Source of the DNA: Octopus bimaculoides
Taxonomy: Eukaryota
DNA length: 63,989 nucleotides
Reading direction: 5' to 3'
Assembly (NCBI RefSeq): GCF_001194135.2
Contig: NC_068982.1
Location: forward strand, 104,722,991 to 104,786,979
Shown here piece by piece: positions 37,350 to 49,735 of this stretch. The first letter of the stretch is position 1, and every line of letters begins with the position of its first letter. Under the pieces are notes generated by a model. The model ran no database searches. It saw only the letters and a program-made list of their open reading frames with translations, and was not told where the DNA came from. Both the position numbers and the translations under genes were made by a program.

Positions 37350-37520
37350 CACTAGCCACTACGCATTCTCTATTTTCTCTCCCTGTTTCTTTCTGTGGAA
37401 GAGCGTAGGCTCGAAACATTAAAGACTTTTCCACTTCCCGAGCGTTAAACTAATATACTTGTTTGTTGTCTACACCACCTGTCTTCGTCTTTTGTTTTTT
37501 TGTGAATTCTCCCTATATAT
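37350..37520 (+). mobile_element. Penelope-like terminal fragment with a hammerhead-shaped motif at 37388-37425
   Basis: TCTTT-CTGTGGA-A-GAGC(gtag)GCTC-GAAAC-ATT-AAAGA; flanked by (TG)n and (TA)n. The Penelope assignment is inferred from this motif architecture. Confidence 0.55.
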
Positions 37521-37740
37521 ATATATGTGTGTGTATCACCTTTTATATATGTGTGTGTGTATATATATATATTTATGTATATATATATATGTATATATAT
37601 TATGTATATATATATTTATGTATGTGGATATATATTTGTGTTTGTGTGCACATATATATACACATATATCTATTTCTGTCTGTTTTATCATGCTAGCATG
37701 GGTTAGACAAATATATTTTTGAGGCAATATTTTTATCATT

Positions 37741-38215
37741 AGAAGGCGGCAGGCTGTCAGAAAATGTTAGTACGTCATGCGAAAAGTCTAGTGTTTTGTC
37801 TGTCTTTATGTTCTGAGTTCAAATTCCANNNNNNNNNNNNNNNNNNNNNNNNNNNNNNNNNNNNNNNNNNNNNNNNNNNNNNNNNNNNNNNNNNNNNNNN
37901 NNNNNNNNNNNNNNNNNNNNNNNNNNNNNNNNNNNNNNNNNNNNNNNNNNNNNNNNNNNNNNNNNNNNNNNNNNNNNNNNNNNNNNNNNNNNNNNNNNNN
38001 NNNNNNNNNNNNNNNNNNNNNNNNNNNNNNNNNNNNNNNNNNNNNNNNNNNNNNNNNNNNNNNNNNNNNNNNNNNNNNNNNNNNNNNNNNNNNNNNNNNN
38101 NNNNNTTCATCCTTTCGGGGGTCGATAAATTAAGTACCAGTTGCGTACTAGGGTCAATCTAATTGACTGGTCCCCTCCCGACAAATTTTGGGCCTTGTGC
38201 CTAGATTAGAAAAGG
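37741..38215 (+). mobile_element. tRNA-derived SINE, family A, interrupted by a 277-N gap (37829-38105)
   Basis: The family sequence continues on both sides of the gap. Confidence 0.85.
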
Positions 38216-38354
38216 ATATATATCAAACTATAAAATATTGCTTCAAAAATATATTTGTCTAACCCATGCCAATGTGATAAAATGGACAGAAATGAAAGGA
38301 ATGTTTATGCGTATTTGTGTATATGTGTGTGTGTGTGTGTATATATATATTTAT

Positions 38355-38708
38355 AGGCGCAGGAGTGGCTTTGTGGTAAGTAGCTTGCTTACCAACAACA
38401 TGGTTCCGGGTTCAATCCCACTGCGTGGCATCTTGGGCAAGTGTCTTCTACTATAGCCTCGGGTTGACCAAAGCCTTGTGAGTGGATTTGGTAGATGGAA
38501 ACTGAAAGAAGCCTGTTATATAGATATATACATACATATATGTGTGTGTCTGTGTTTGTGCGTGTGTGTCCCCCAGTATCGCTTGACAACCGATGCTGGT
38601 GTATTTACATCCCTGTAACTTAGCAGTTTGGCAAAGTCCTGGGGTCGATTTGCTTGACTAAAGGTGGTGCTCCAGTATGGCTGCAGTCAAATGACTGAAA
38701 CAATAAAA
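38355..38708 (+). mobile_element. tRNA-headed SINE, family C, with an internal TA/TG microsatellite
   Basis: ggcgcaggagtggctttgtggtaag...gggttcaatccc (B box)...cttgggcaagtgtcttctactatagcc...atgactgaaacaataaaag. Confidence 0.8.
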
Positions 38709-39969
38709 GTTATATATATATATATATATATATACTTACATACATACATACATACACACACACACGTGTGTGCACTTGTATCATTATCATCATTTTAGCA
38801 TCCACTTTTCCATATTTGCATGTGTCAGGTGGAGTTCACTGAAGAAGATTTTCTATACCTGGATGTTCTTCCTGTCACCAACCCTCACCACTTTCAAGCA
38901 AAGAAATGTTTTCCCATAGCCAGTCATGGTTTTGCAGAAGATTGGAAATGAACGACACTACTTGTATGACAATGTCACTTATTTACAATTATCGTGCCTT
39001 GTCAAGACAAGAATATATTTGTGTCTCTTTGTCCTGATATCATGTGATAGTTGCAAAGAGCATTACTGTTGTTCAAGCAGTGTCTTTCGTTTCCTCTCTT
39101 CTATGGACAGTACTTGTGATGAGGGTTGGCAACTGTGAAAACCTCCAGCTCAACAAAATTTGCCTCAGCAAATTCCATTTGACACATGAGAAAATGGACA
39201 TCAAAGCAATGATGATAATGTATATGCATCATTATCATCATCATTTAATGTTCTCCTTCCATGCTAGCATGGGTGAGATGGTTTGACAGGAGCTGGCAAG
39301 TCAGAAGACTATGTCAGCTTTGGCATATTTTCTAGAGCTTGATGTCCTCACTGCTGTTGGTGTCTTGTGAAAAGCAGCCAGTACCCTCTGTAAGGTGGTT
39401 GGTGTTAGGAAGGGCATCCAGCCATAGAAACCATGCCTAGCATCTGCATGTATGTATGAGTAATTAGTTCTATGTTTATGTGTGATATATATTTATACAC
39501 ACATGTGATTGTGTGTATGTATATATCTATGTATACATATGTATATGTATGTGTGTGAATATATATATATTTGATATAAGTAAGAAGATAAAGAATGAAT
39601 TTAGCACAACTTTAATACTTGTTACAATTGTTTCTGTACCACTCCACTTCTAACCACATTGCATGTAAATGATTTTGTGTAGAAAATTATGCGATATGTG
39701 TGGTTGAATATGTCTGAGTGGCACTTCATCAGGCTAATATTAGGTCATGCGTCTTTGATGTTCAGCTTACACTTTGAACTTTATTGGATATTTGCAATTT
39801 TGTTACACTATAGCCTATTATACTTGCTTCCTAACAATCCCTCATTTCCTCCTTTATTTCTGCCATTCATGTAGTTACATTATTAACTTCATACCTCTCA
39901 ATACAGGAGTTTTAATTAACTAGCATACCAATTAGCTAATGAAGAAACTGTTTACTTAATATTTCATCA

Positions 39970-40968
39970 TGCTAAGGCAGCAAACTGGTAGAATTGTTAG
40001 CACACTGGGCAAAATGCTCAGCAGCATTTTGTCTGTCTTTACGTTCTGAGTTGAAAGATTGTGAAGGTAGATTTTACTTTTCATCTTTTCAAGGTCAAAA
40101 AGAGTAAGTACCGACCATGCACTGGAGTTGATGTAACCGACTTGCTCCCTCCCTCAAATTTGTACCTGTAATTGAAAGAATTATCATCATCATCATCATC
40201 ATCATTATTATTATTATTATTATTATTAGGATGACAAGCTGGCAGAATTGTTGAGTTTAAATATCATCAGAGTAGACATGGATTTCGTCATTTCGAGGTT
40301 GATAAAATAAGTACCAGTTAAGAACTGGAGTTGATGTAATTGGCTTCCCACTCCCCTCAAATTTGCTAACCTTGTGCCAAAAATGAAAAAGACTTATAAT
40401 TATAATTATTATAGTGTTTGTCTCTAATTAGTATTAGTACTATGTTTGTTATTGTTATTATTAGCATACCATTCAAAATGCTTAGTGACATTTCACCCAT
40501 TTTCACATTCTGAGTTCAAATTCTCTCGAGGTCAGCTTAGCCTTTCATCCTCTTGAGGTTGATAAAACAAGTGCCAGTTGGGCACTGGGGTCAATGTAAT
40601 CAACTCACCCCTTCCCCTGAACTTGCTGGCCTTGTGTCAAAAATTGAGATTATTATTATTACTCTAGTCCTGTCCTTTTCTTAACATTTTTGTTATTATT
40701 TCTGTTTTTTCATTTATTATTCTTATGGTATTCTTTATTTTAATTTCATTACTGTTATTATCGTTATTAAAGGCAGCAAGCTTGCAGAATCATTAGCACA
40801 GTAGATAACCTGATTAGTAGCATTTCACCCGTCTTTTTGTTAAAATTCCACTGAGGTCAACTTGTTTTGGGGGGTCAATGAAATAAGTACCAGTGGAACA
40901 CAGCAGGGCATTGTAATTCACTAGCCCCTCCACCTAAATTTCAGGCCTTGTGCCTATTGTAGACAGGA
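39970..40968 (+). mobile_element. Cluster of four head-to-tail family A SINEs separated by (ATT)n/(CAT)n
   Basis: Copies at about 39970-40185, 40228-40400, 40470-40650 and 40768-40968. Confidence 0.8.
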
Positions 40969-42366
40969 CCTCTGTACTTGGCTTTTGTCAACATGGAGAA
41001 AGCCTTTGACAGTCTCCCTTATCTGGTGGTCAGTGGGGAAGCTAGGGATAGATGAGTGGTTAGTGAGAGCTGTACAAGCCATGTACAGGGATGCTGCCAG
41101 TAAGGTGAAGGTTGGCAATGAGTATAGCAATGAATTCAGTGTACAGGTAGGAGTCTACCAAGGATCAGTTCTCAGCCCTTTCTTGTTTATCATAGTCCTC
41201 CAGGCCTCAATAGAGGATTTCAAGACTGGCTGCTCCTGGGAACTCCTCTACACTGATGACCTTGTTCTTACAGCTGAATTTACTATCTGACTTAAAGAAA
41301 TTTCAGGTGTGGAAGCAAGGCCTGAAATCTAAGGGCCTTAGAGTTAATTTAGCAAAAATCAAAGTCCCAGTAAGTAGAAAAGCAAACAAATTACAAATCC
41401 CTTCAGGGAGATGCCCCCTGCTTGATATGTAAGAAGGGTGTTGGACATATAAAAGGTGTAGCTGGATCACAGGAAGATTAACGGAGAAAATAGTCTCTGT
41501 GTGGGTACAATAAGCACTAAAAGCGTATAGACAATGGACTCCCTCAAATGCTCAGGAGAATCATTGGAAGTAGTAGATAGCTTCTGTTACCTAGGCAACC
41601 AAGTTAGCAGTGGAGGAGGAAGTTCTGAAAGTATAATTGCTAGAATAAGAACAGGCTGGGCAAAGTTCAGAGAGCTACCTTTGTTGGTAACTAAGGGCCT
41701 CTCATTCAGAGTGAAAAGCAGATTGTATGATGCCTGTGTATGTACAGCTATGCTACATGCCAGTGAAACATGGGTTTTGGCTGCAGAGGACTTGCAAAGG
41801 CTTGAAAGGAATGAAGCTAACATGCTCTGCTGGATGGGTAATATCGTTATGCACACACGTCAGAGTGTAAATGATTTAGGAGGAAAACTGGGTATAAGAG
41901 GCATCAAATGTTGTGTGCAAAAGAGAAGTCTGCATGTGATGCGTATGGATGAGGACAGCTGCAAAAGAAGTGCCAAGCTCTAATTGGGGGAATTTGTGGA
42001 AGGGGTAGACCCAGAAAGATGTAGAACAAAGTAGTGAGAAAGTATCTTCAGATGCTGGGTCTCACTGAGGAAATGACTGGAGACCGGGAGTTGTGGCAAT
42101 TTGCTGTACTTGAGAAGACATGTCAAGCTAAGTAAAATTGTTGTCCTCCATACATACAGGATTGTTCTTTAGAAGTTCCAGTGCTGCATAAACGCACCCA
42201 TGCCAGCGGCACATAAAAAGCATTCTGCATACTCTGTAAAGTGGTTGGTATTAAGAAGGGTGTCCAGCCATAGAAATTGTCACAACAAACAATTGGAGTC
42301 TGAACAGCTGGCCAGCTCCTGTCAAACCATGCCAGCATGGAAAACAGATGTTAAACAATGATGATG
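40969..42366 (+). mobile_element. 5'-truncated RTE-clade LINE (RT, 3' UTR, (GAT)n tail)
   Basis: PLYLAFVNMEKAFD, VGVYQGSVLSPFLFIIVL, ELLYTDDLVL, LEVVDSFCYLG, ARIRTGWAKFREL; 3' UTR ends atgttaaacaatgatgatg. Confidence 0.9.
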
Positions 42367-42384
42367 GTTATTATTACCATCATT

Positions 42385-42870
42385 AAGGCAGCAAGCTAGC
42401 AGAATTGTTAGCACACCAGGCAAAATGCTTAGCGACATTTTGTCTGTGTTTACATTCTGAGTCCGCGTTACACCAAAGTCAACTTTGCCTTTCATCCTTT
42501 CCTGGTCGTTAAATTAAGTACCAGTGAAATTCTGGGGTCGATGTTATCAACTAGTCCCTTCCCCCTAAATTTCAGGCCTTGTGCCTATAGCAGAAAGGAT
42601 TATTATCTCCAAAAATAGCCCATAATATTTTCTACATTAGCCACATTTTTCATTTTCTAGTGGTGAGCTGGCAGAATTCTAAGTACCTTGGACAAATGCT
42701 AAGTTGCATTTCTTCTTTACATTCTGAGTTCAAGTCCCACAAAGGTTAACTTTGCTCTTCATCCTTTTGGGGATCTATAAATAAGTGCCAGTTGATCACT
42801 GGAGTCGATGTAGTTTACTTACTCCATCCTCTGTAAAATTGCTGGCCTTGTTTCAAGATTAGGTGGAATT
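42385..42870 (+). mobile_element. Two family A SINEs in tandem
   Basis: Copies at about 42385-42600 and 42660-42870. Confidence 0.8.
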
Positions 42871-43249
42871 ATTTTATTATTATTTTTATCCTTTTTCATC
42901 ATTATTATTTTTGTAACTCATTATTTCCTCCTTATATAAACAATAACAAATACATATTTTTCACACAGTGCTGAGGCATGACCTAATGTTAGCCTGATGA
43001 AGTACCACTCAGACATATTCAGCCACACATATTACATAGTTTTTCGCACAAAATCGTTTACAATTTAACAATTATAACAAGTATTTAAGCTGTGCTAAAT
43101 TCATTTTCCATCTCCTTACTCGTTCTATATGTTACTCTTCAAAATACGTAAACATTGCTTTTAACAGTTAGGTACCTCAACTTAGAATTCTTTTAAAGTA
43201 CCAGTATAAGAATGTTGATTGCCAGGAGTTTGTGTTGGGTACTGTATAA

Positions 43250-43252
43250 GGA

Positions 43253-43318
<66 letters not shown>

Positions 43319-43367
43319 TAGGTCTTGATACAGTAGAAAATCATACAAATGTATACATACATATTTA

Positions 43368-43400
<33 letters not shown>

Positions 43401-43495
43401 GTGTATTTATGTATTTATATATATATGTGTGTGAATTTGTTTATATGGATATATGTATGAATATGTGTATATATATATGTGAATGCATATATTAA

Positions 43496-43558
<63 letters not shown>

Positions 43559-43700
43559 GTCTGTTTATATGTGTATGTATATATGAATGTTTATATTAAT
43601 GTGTGTGTATATGTTTATATTATATAAAAAAAATACGTATGTGTACATATAAATTATAAATATATGTGTATGTGTGAATGTGTGTGCGTGTGTGTGTGTG

Positions 43701-43733
<33 letters not shown>

Positions 43734-43740
43734 TACATAA
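43250..43740. repeat. Long (TA)n/(TG)n microsatellite mosaic; further long (TA)n near 44055, 46120 and 56900
   Basis: Directly visible simple repeats. Confidence 0.95.
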
Positions 43741-44049
43741 TATGTAAAATGGCAGGACAGATTCCCAAATATAACTGGCAGGATGTGTTTGTCTGTTATG
43801 TATTTGTGCTACATACAATAGTATACTCTCTTTCAGGTAATTGAACTCCAATTTTAATGGGTTTTTTTCTCTTTTTGCTGATATCTCATCCTAAAGAATG
43901 ATTTTCTAATATCTTAATATTTTTAAGAGGATAGATTAGATTTTATTTATTTATTATGGATGATTTTTGGGAGTCAATTTTCATTTTTTTTCTTCTCTCC
44001 CCTCATCATTATTATCATGTGTCTGAGCGTGTGTGTATGTATGTGTATG

Positions 44050-44115
<66 letters not shown>

Positions 44116-45149
44116 GTTTGAAACTAAAGCTTCATTATGTTTTACTAATGTGAATATTTGGAATCATGACAAAATGTAGCTTCAGTTTTAAACATGAAAT
44201 TTCATAAATGTACACTGCGTGTGTGTGTTTCTTTTTTTTTACCCTTGATCTACTTGATCAGTTCATCTTCAATATATTAGTGGTTATTTCATTGAATATT
44301 TTGTGATTGCTATGGGTTTTTTTTATTTTATAATTCAGGCAAAATTATTTATGCCATTACAGAACAAAATTCACCAGATTTTCATTTTAGACATCAAATT
44401 ATATTCTCACTGATTGTGTTCATTTATAAAAATAGCAAATGTTTTAAAATTTCATTGTGATAAAAAGTGGAAGGTACGACAAGAGCAAACAAGCTTTTTT
44501 GTTAAAATCTTGTCTGAAAATTTAAAGTTCACAACTGATTGGAAAAAAAGCACTGATCTTTTGTATCAGGGTGAGTACAATATTTTAATTATCTATTATA
44601 TATATATATATTTTTTTTTTTTTTTGTCTCTGTCTAATCTTAGTATTCTTGTCTGCCCAACTTTCCAGACACAACTATGTTTTGACGCTTTTTCAGGAGA
44701 TATAAAATTCTTCATCTCAAGTTTCATTCTCTCTTTCCCTTCCCGTGTGGATATCTAGATTGAACTAGTCCCTGATCATTTTAAATTAAACTTTTAATCC
44801 AGAGAGCAAAACTGGCCAGTATAAACTTACTCTCTCAGGTGCTAAGCCATAAGTCTGTTTATTGATTTGACTTGGGTAATATTTTAAATGAAGCACAGTG
44901 GCTGTGAGCTTAAGCTACTTGGCTACTAGCCACATGATGTTACTACTACTTCTGAGCTTGATTGATAAAACCAGTTACTCAAACAAAAGCCAACTGATCT
45001 ATGAAGTATGCTTAAAGAATATAAAACATAAATCTTTTTGCTTTTATATCTTATTCCTATGTTGTAATGTATAGCTTTAATTTCTCAATATAAACCAACA
45101 TAGCTCCTCTTTGTAATAGAGCTGAAAAAAATTGTTTTTCAGTACCTGC

Positions 45150-45450
45150 TCAATTTCTGCTATAAAAGTTGAGAAGCAACAAACTGTAATGCATCTTTTA
45201 ATTAAGTACTTGATGGCCAATTGTGACCATTCCTCTTAAACGTCAATAGATGCTGCTGTTGAAAATAGAGATTCAGTATCTGAAGATAGCTTTAATGTAA
45301 CCATATTCCAGGTATCAGTAGTCAATGCTGTCAAACGCTTTCCAATAATCCAAATTGATCAAAAATAGCTAGAACATTTCTATGATTTATTGGTTGAGGT
45401 TATGACTAATTTTCCTGAAATCAGACAAGATTGCAGTATCCAGTCACATT
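45150..45450 (-). mobile_element. Highly decayed LINE RT remnant
   Basis: Minus-strand LDYWKAFDSID resembles the RT DxxKAFD motif. Confidence 0.5.
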
Positions 45451-46083
45451 ACTTAGCACAAACTTTTGTTCATACTTAGGCCAAAATCTTTAATTCCATG
45501 AGACTTTAAATTATGTATTCTATTCTTGTTTGCATCCTTTTTCATTAGCACCACTATTCTAGCTCACCAATTAAAAATATGCATGATGTGCTAGATGTAG
45601 AATGCATTACCTAAGACTGAAATCAATAAGTGTAATATGAAATTCATATGGTAAACCATCTGATACCAGTAACTTGCCACTTATACAGCTGCCTGAGATC
45701 TAGTATATTTCAAATATTTTAAGAGGTGTCTTACAGTACCCTGCTTGTATTGTCTAGAGTTGTAGCAGATTGCAATTCAGATATTGTGGCAAGAGAATGA
45801 TGTCGTCTCCTATATCCAAGCCTAAGAAATGACTTTTTATATTTAGTACCTTTACCATACATACTTTACTGCTGATGATATAGTTTTCATATGGTGTTTG
45901 ATTACCTAGATCTGTTATCTCCTTTACATTTTTTATGAAAGTCTTTTTCCAATTACCTCTGAATTCACTTTCTATTGACCTCTAAGATTTTCCCAAACCT
46001 AATCAATTCCTCTCTAGTTTGCCCATATTTAGTATTTCTAGTTGCTTTCATCAAAGCACTTAACTATTCCTTAATGTAGTCTC

Positions 46084-46170
<87 letters not shown>

Positions 46171-49100
46171 ATGTATATATTGGCTAGTTTTGTGCCAAAT
46201 ACATGTTGAGCTTTCATGATCCAGTGTTGAATAGCAATTAGACTCTCTTTTTTTTTTTTTCTTAACTGCACCCTCTAACATTATCCCAACGTCTCGGTTT
46301 CTTCATCAAAAACTTTCAATTTTTTATTTAATGAAGTAATGTGACTAAAATTATAATGTCTTTACCCATCTTTATGAATACTTCCTGGTTCACACAACTG
46401 GGAATCTGATACACTTTACATATTGCCTAACAAATCAGGATCAAACAAATTTGCTTTGGATCTCTAGACAGTTGTTAGTTTGTTTGTATCTCAATGACTG
46501 TGATAAAACTGAAGAGGTGTTTACTTCTGTTGACAACAAGGGTACTGTGTTTAAAAATCTGCATAGTAATGAGGTATAGGCTTTGAATATGTAATTTCTA
46601 TGAAGGTTAAAGAGAATGATACAGCATGATGGGAGTTAATAGATTATCAATGTTGTCAATGAAGAGTAAGTTATGGGTTATGATTGCAGAATAAGTAGTG
46701 GTGAGGTCAGGTCTCAAGATGCTAAACTTCAAATGAGATGATAAAAAGAGTAAGGCCTATCCAGCCTAAGCCAGTATGAAAAAATTGCAATAAAATGATG
46801 ATGGCAGGTAAATTTACTTTTGGGTCTTTTCTTTTCTTTACAGTTCAGTGACTTTCTTATCTCACCCATTTTAATAGGCTTGTCTTAATGCTCCATCTCT
46901 ATTACTAAGAGCTGCAGAAGACTATTGAGGTAGATTTGGAAGTGCTACTCTTTTCCCTTCAGTTAAATGCTTCTCCTACACATTAGCTCAGTATGTGGCT
47001 GAATCTGTATTTAGGCTGTATTGACGCACCCAGTCTCTGTCACCTGAATCAGTCAACATATTTCTGTGCCTTTATGTCAAAGCACTTATCTTCTAGCTTT
47101 TGCAGAGCAATAAAACTGAATTGGTTTAAAATTGGTGACCAAGAGACCTTCCTCTTACATTTTTTCTTGGATGTACTATTGTTTGGGGGAAAAAAAAGTT
47201 AATCGCACATGTTCTCTATTCTATTACTTAGTCCTTTGTAAACTTCACCATCTTCTAAGTTTTCTTTCTTCAGCTCCATTAAACCCATCTTACCTAATTC
47301 TTTGTAAGTTTTGCATGCTTGAAATAATGCATCATGCTTTCAGAAACTATGTCACTGCCAAAACATTGAAAAATAAAGGAAACATGGATGAGGTGAACAA
47401 TAAATGTATCACAACAGAGAGAGGTGGGGTCGGGGATAAAGAACAATGAAAGGTTAATGTTAAACATGATGGGAAGTGGAGAAGCTAAGATATGCAAAGC
47501 CTACTGCAAGTTTTAGTCAATTTTAAGGACCAAAAACTTGTAATCTGTAAAAGCCACAACCCCAAACTGTGGACACTCTACACTGCCACTGTCTGTGATT
47601 TCTTAAAATCTCTAACCTAGTACAATCTAGATAGTGTGATTGACTGTTTGATACCTGTCAATCAGAATTGTCTGTGTAAATGTGAGCCTTTCACATCTAA
47701 CCTTATCTGATATTTTATACAGAATTCCAGTCTGTCATTTACTCTTTTATAAGTAGGATATCCTCAAGAATGTCTCCAAACACCTGTAGAAATGTGGTTT
47801 TAAGATTGATATTGATGTGGACATAAGGCTACAAATGTCCAAAATATGGGAATAGCTTATTAAATCAACCCAATATTTAACTGATACATATTTTCGTGAC
47901 CCAGAAGGATGAGCAAAGCTGACCTTGGTAGGATTCATGCTCAAAATATAACTAAATATTGCTAGCTAGACAGGCTTTTGATTCTTCCTTTTGTCTACCA
48001 TAATGTCAATATTAATCAGAAATAAGATTCTTTTTTTTGTTGATGTTTTGGAGATTGCTTTTGGCAGGAAAATGTGGATTAGGAGAAGATTGCAAAGAAT
48101 TGTAGTTAGCAATATTGAATAATTGAGAAGTGGTGGGTGAAGAGAGATAGGTGCATCAGGTGGGCTTCAGCGGAGGTGATATGCAGCTTGCTGATTCAAA
48201 GTACCCAAGGCTGTTGCAGTAGCAATATTTATGTGAGCAGTACAAGGATCAGCAGTTGATCAGAGCTGAAATATTTCTTGCTCTGAAGAGGAAAGCATGG
48301 TCTTTGTAGTGCAGATTTGGCAATGTTCTTGAGAGATCATGAGATTCCAAGGCTTAGCATCTGTTGCGTCAATGGAAACTTTAGCTGTGTGTTCATACAC
48401 AGGAAGGGTGTGGTGAGCAGCCATTTCCTTAATATGCATAATGATGGTGTCTTGCTGCACAAGAGTACCTTGTCATGTTCCCATTGGAAGATAGTTTTAA
48501 GGTCTCTGCTTCTAGAAGTAGTGTATATCTGATATGAGATACCTAAATTGTGTGTAAATGGCTCCTGTATTCATTTTATATCATAATTGATGAGCAATAG
48601 CATAGTTGGTTACAGATTTCCAATGAGTTGATCACTGGTTTACTGCATTTTCAACAATAAGAGTAACAAGGGTGTATCTATAATTCATATATAGCTGATA
48701 TCCATCTGCCAGATTTAACCCAGAAGTCATTGACCAACCTGGTATGTATCATACAATGGGATTAAATGTAGAAAGTGGTTGTGAAAGTTATCCAACCATG
48801 GGGCTCTGATAGCAGGTGAACTGACTCACAGTTGCCAGTACATATTATCTGTCTGTGACCTATATTAGTATCAACACAAGACACACTCACACATCCAAGT
48901 CTTTCTAAAAGCAGACACCGTTGAAAGGGATACTGCAAAAGAAAAATCCATTCTTTTCTCTTAGAGCATGCAGATAACACTAAGTATGTATATTCAACAG
49001 TATCTACCACATCATTTATCATGAGTTATTGTATGTCATCAATAATACCAGTGTTTTTCACCCATAAACTATACTAGAGTACAATGTAGCTTATCTGGTA

Positions 49101-49701
49101 AGCACAAATGCAATCCAGATTGGTCTCATCAACTATCACAAAACCTGTCTCACAACCTGAATAGAGGAAAATCAAGGTTTTTTACTCTCATCTAGTGCCA
49201 ATGATCTTTTACAGGATCTCCAAATAGAGATTTGGTCCAAGAACTCATAACAGTGGATGCCACTAAAAGACAGGCGGTGGTGTTAAACTGGGTGATGTCT
49301 ACCACACAGCTAGGCCATAGATGAATTTAAACTGAGAACACAGAGGCAGAACAAATACAATGCATTTCCAATGCTCTGTTCCCACCTGGAACTTTTTACC
49401 ATCCCTAAAAGGATGAAAAATAAAGTTCACCTAAGTGGATTTTGAACTGTGGGACACAAGGTATGAGAACAAGTACTTCAACACTCTAATGACTCATTGC
49501 CTTATAACTTTAAAAATTTGTGAGGTTAAAAGGGTATTTCTGATATTCAACAGCCTTCAAATTAATTATTTTGTATTCTGAAGAGCATTGCTTTAGAAAT
49601 GTGTGTATATATGATATAGGGGAGGATATGCTGAAAAAAATCTCAATTATATATTTAATATCTGCCAGTGTGGACTTAATTCTGAACTTTAGAACTCTTG
49701 A

Positions 49702-49735
<34 letters not shown>

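Noticed and set aside
37829-38105. Using gap length to count repeat units
   Set aside because: This 277-N gap falls where the SINE lacks only about 20 nt relative to other copies, so gap sizes are unreliable; the 894-N gap cannot be converted to a copy number.
46400-49140. Probable further LINE remnants
   Set aside because: Too degraded to assign motifs or boundaries by eye, so not listed as features.
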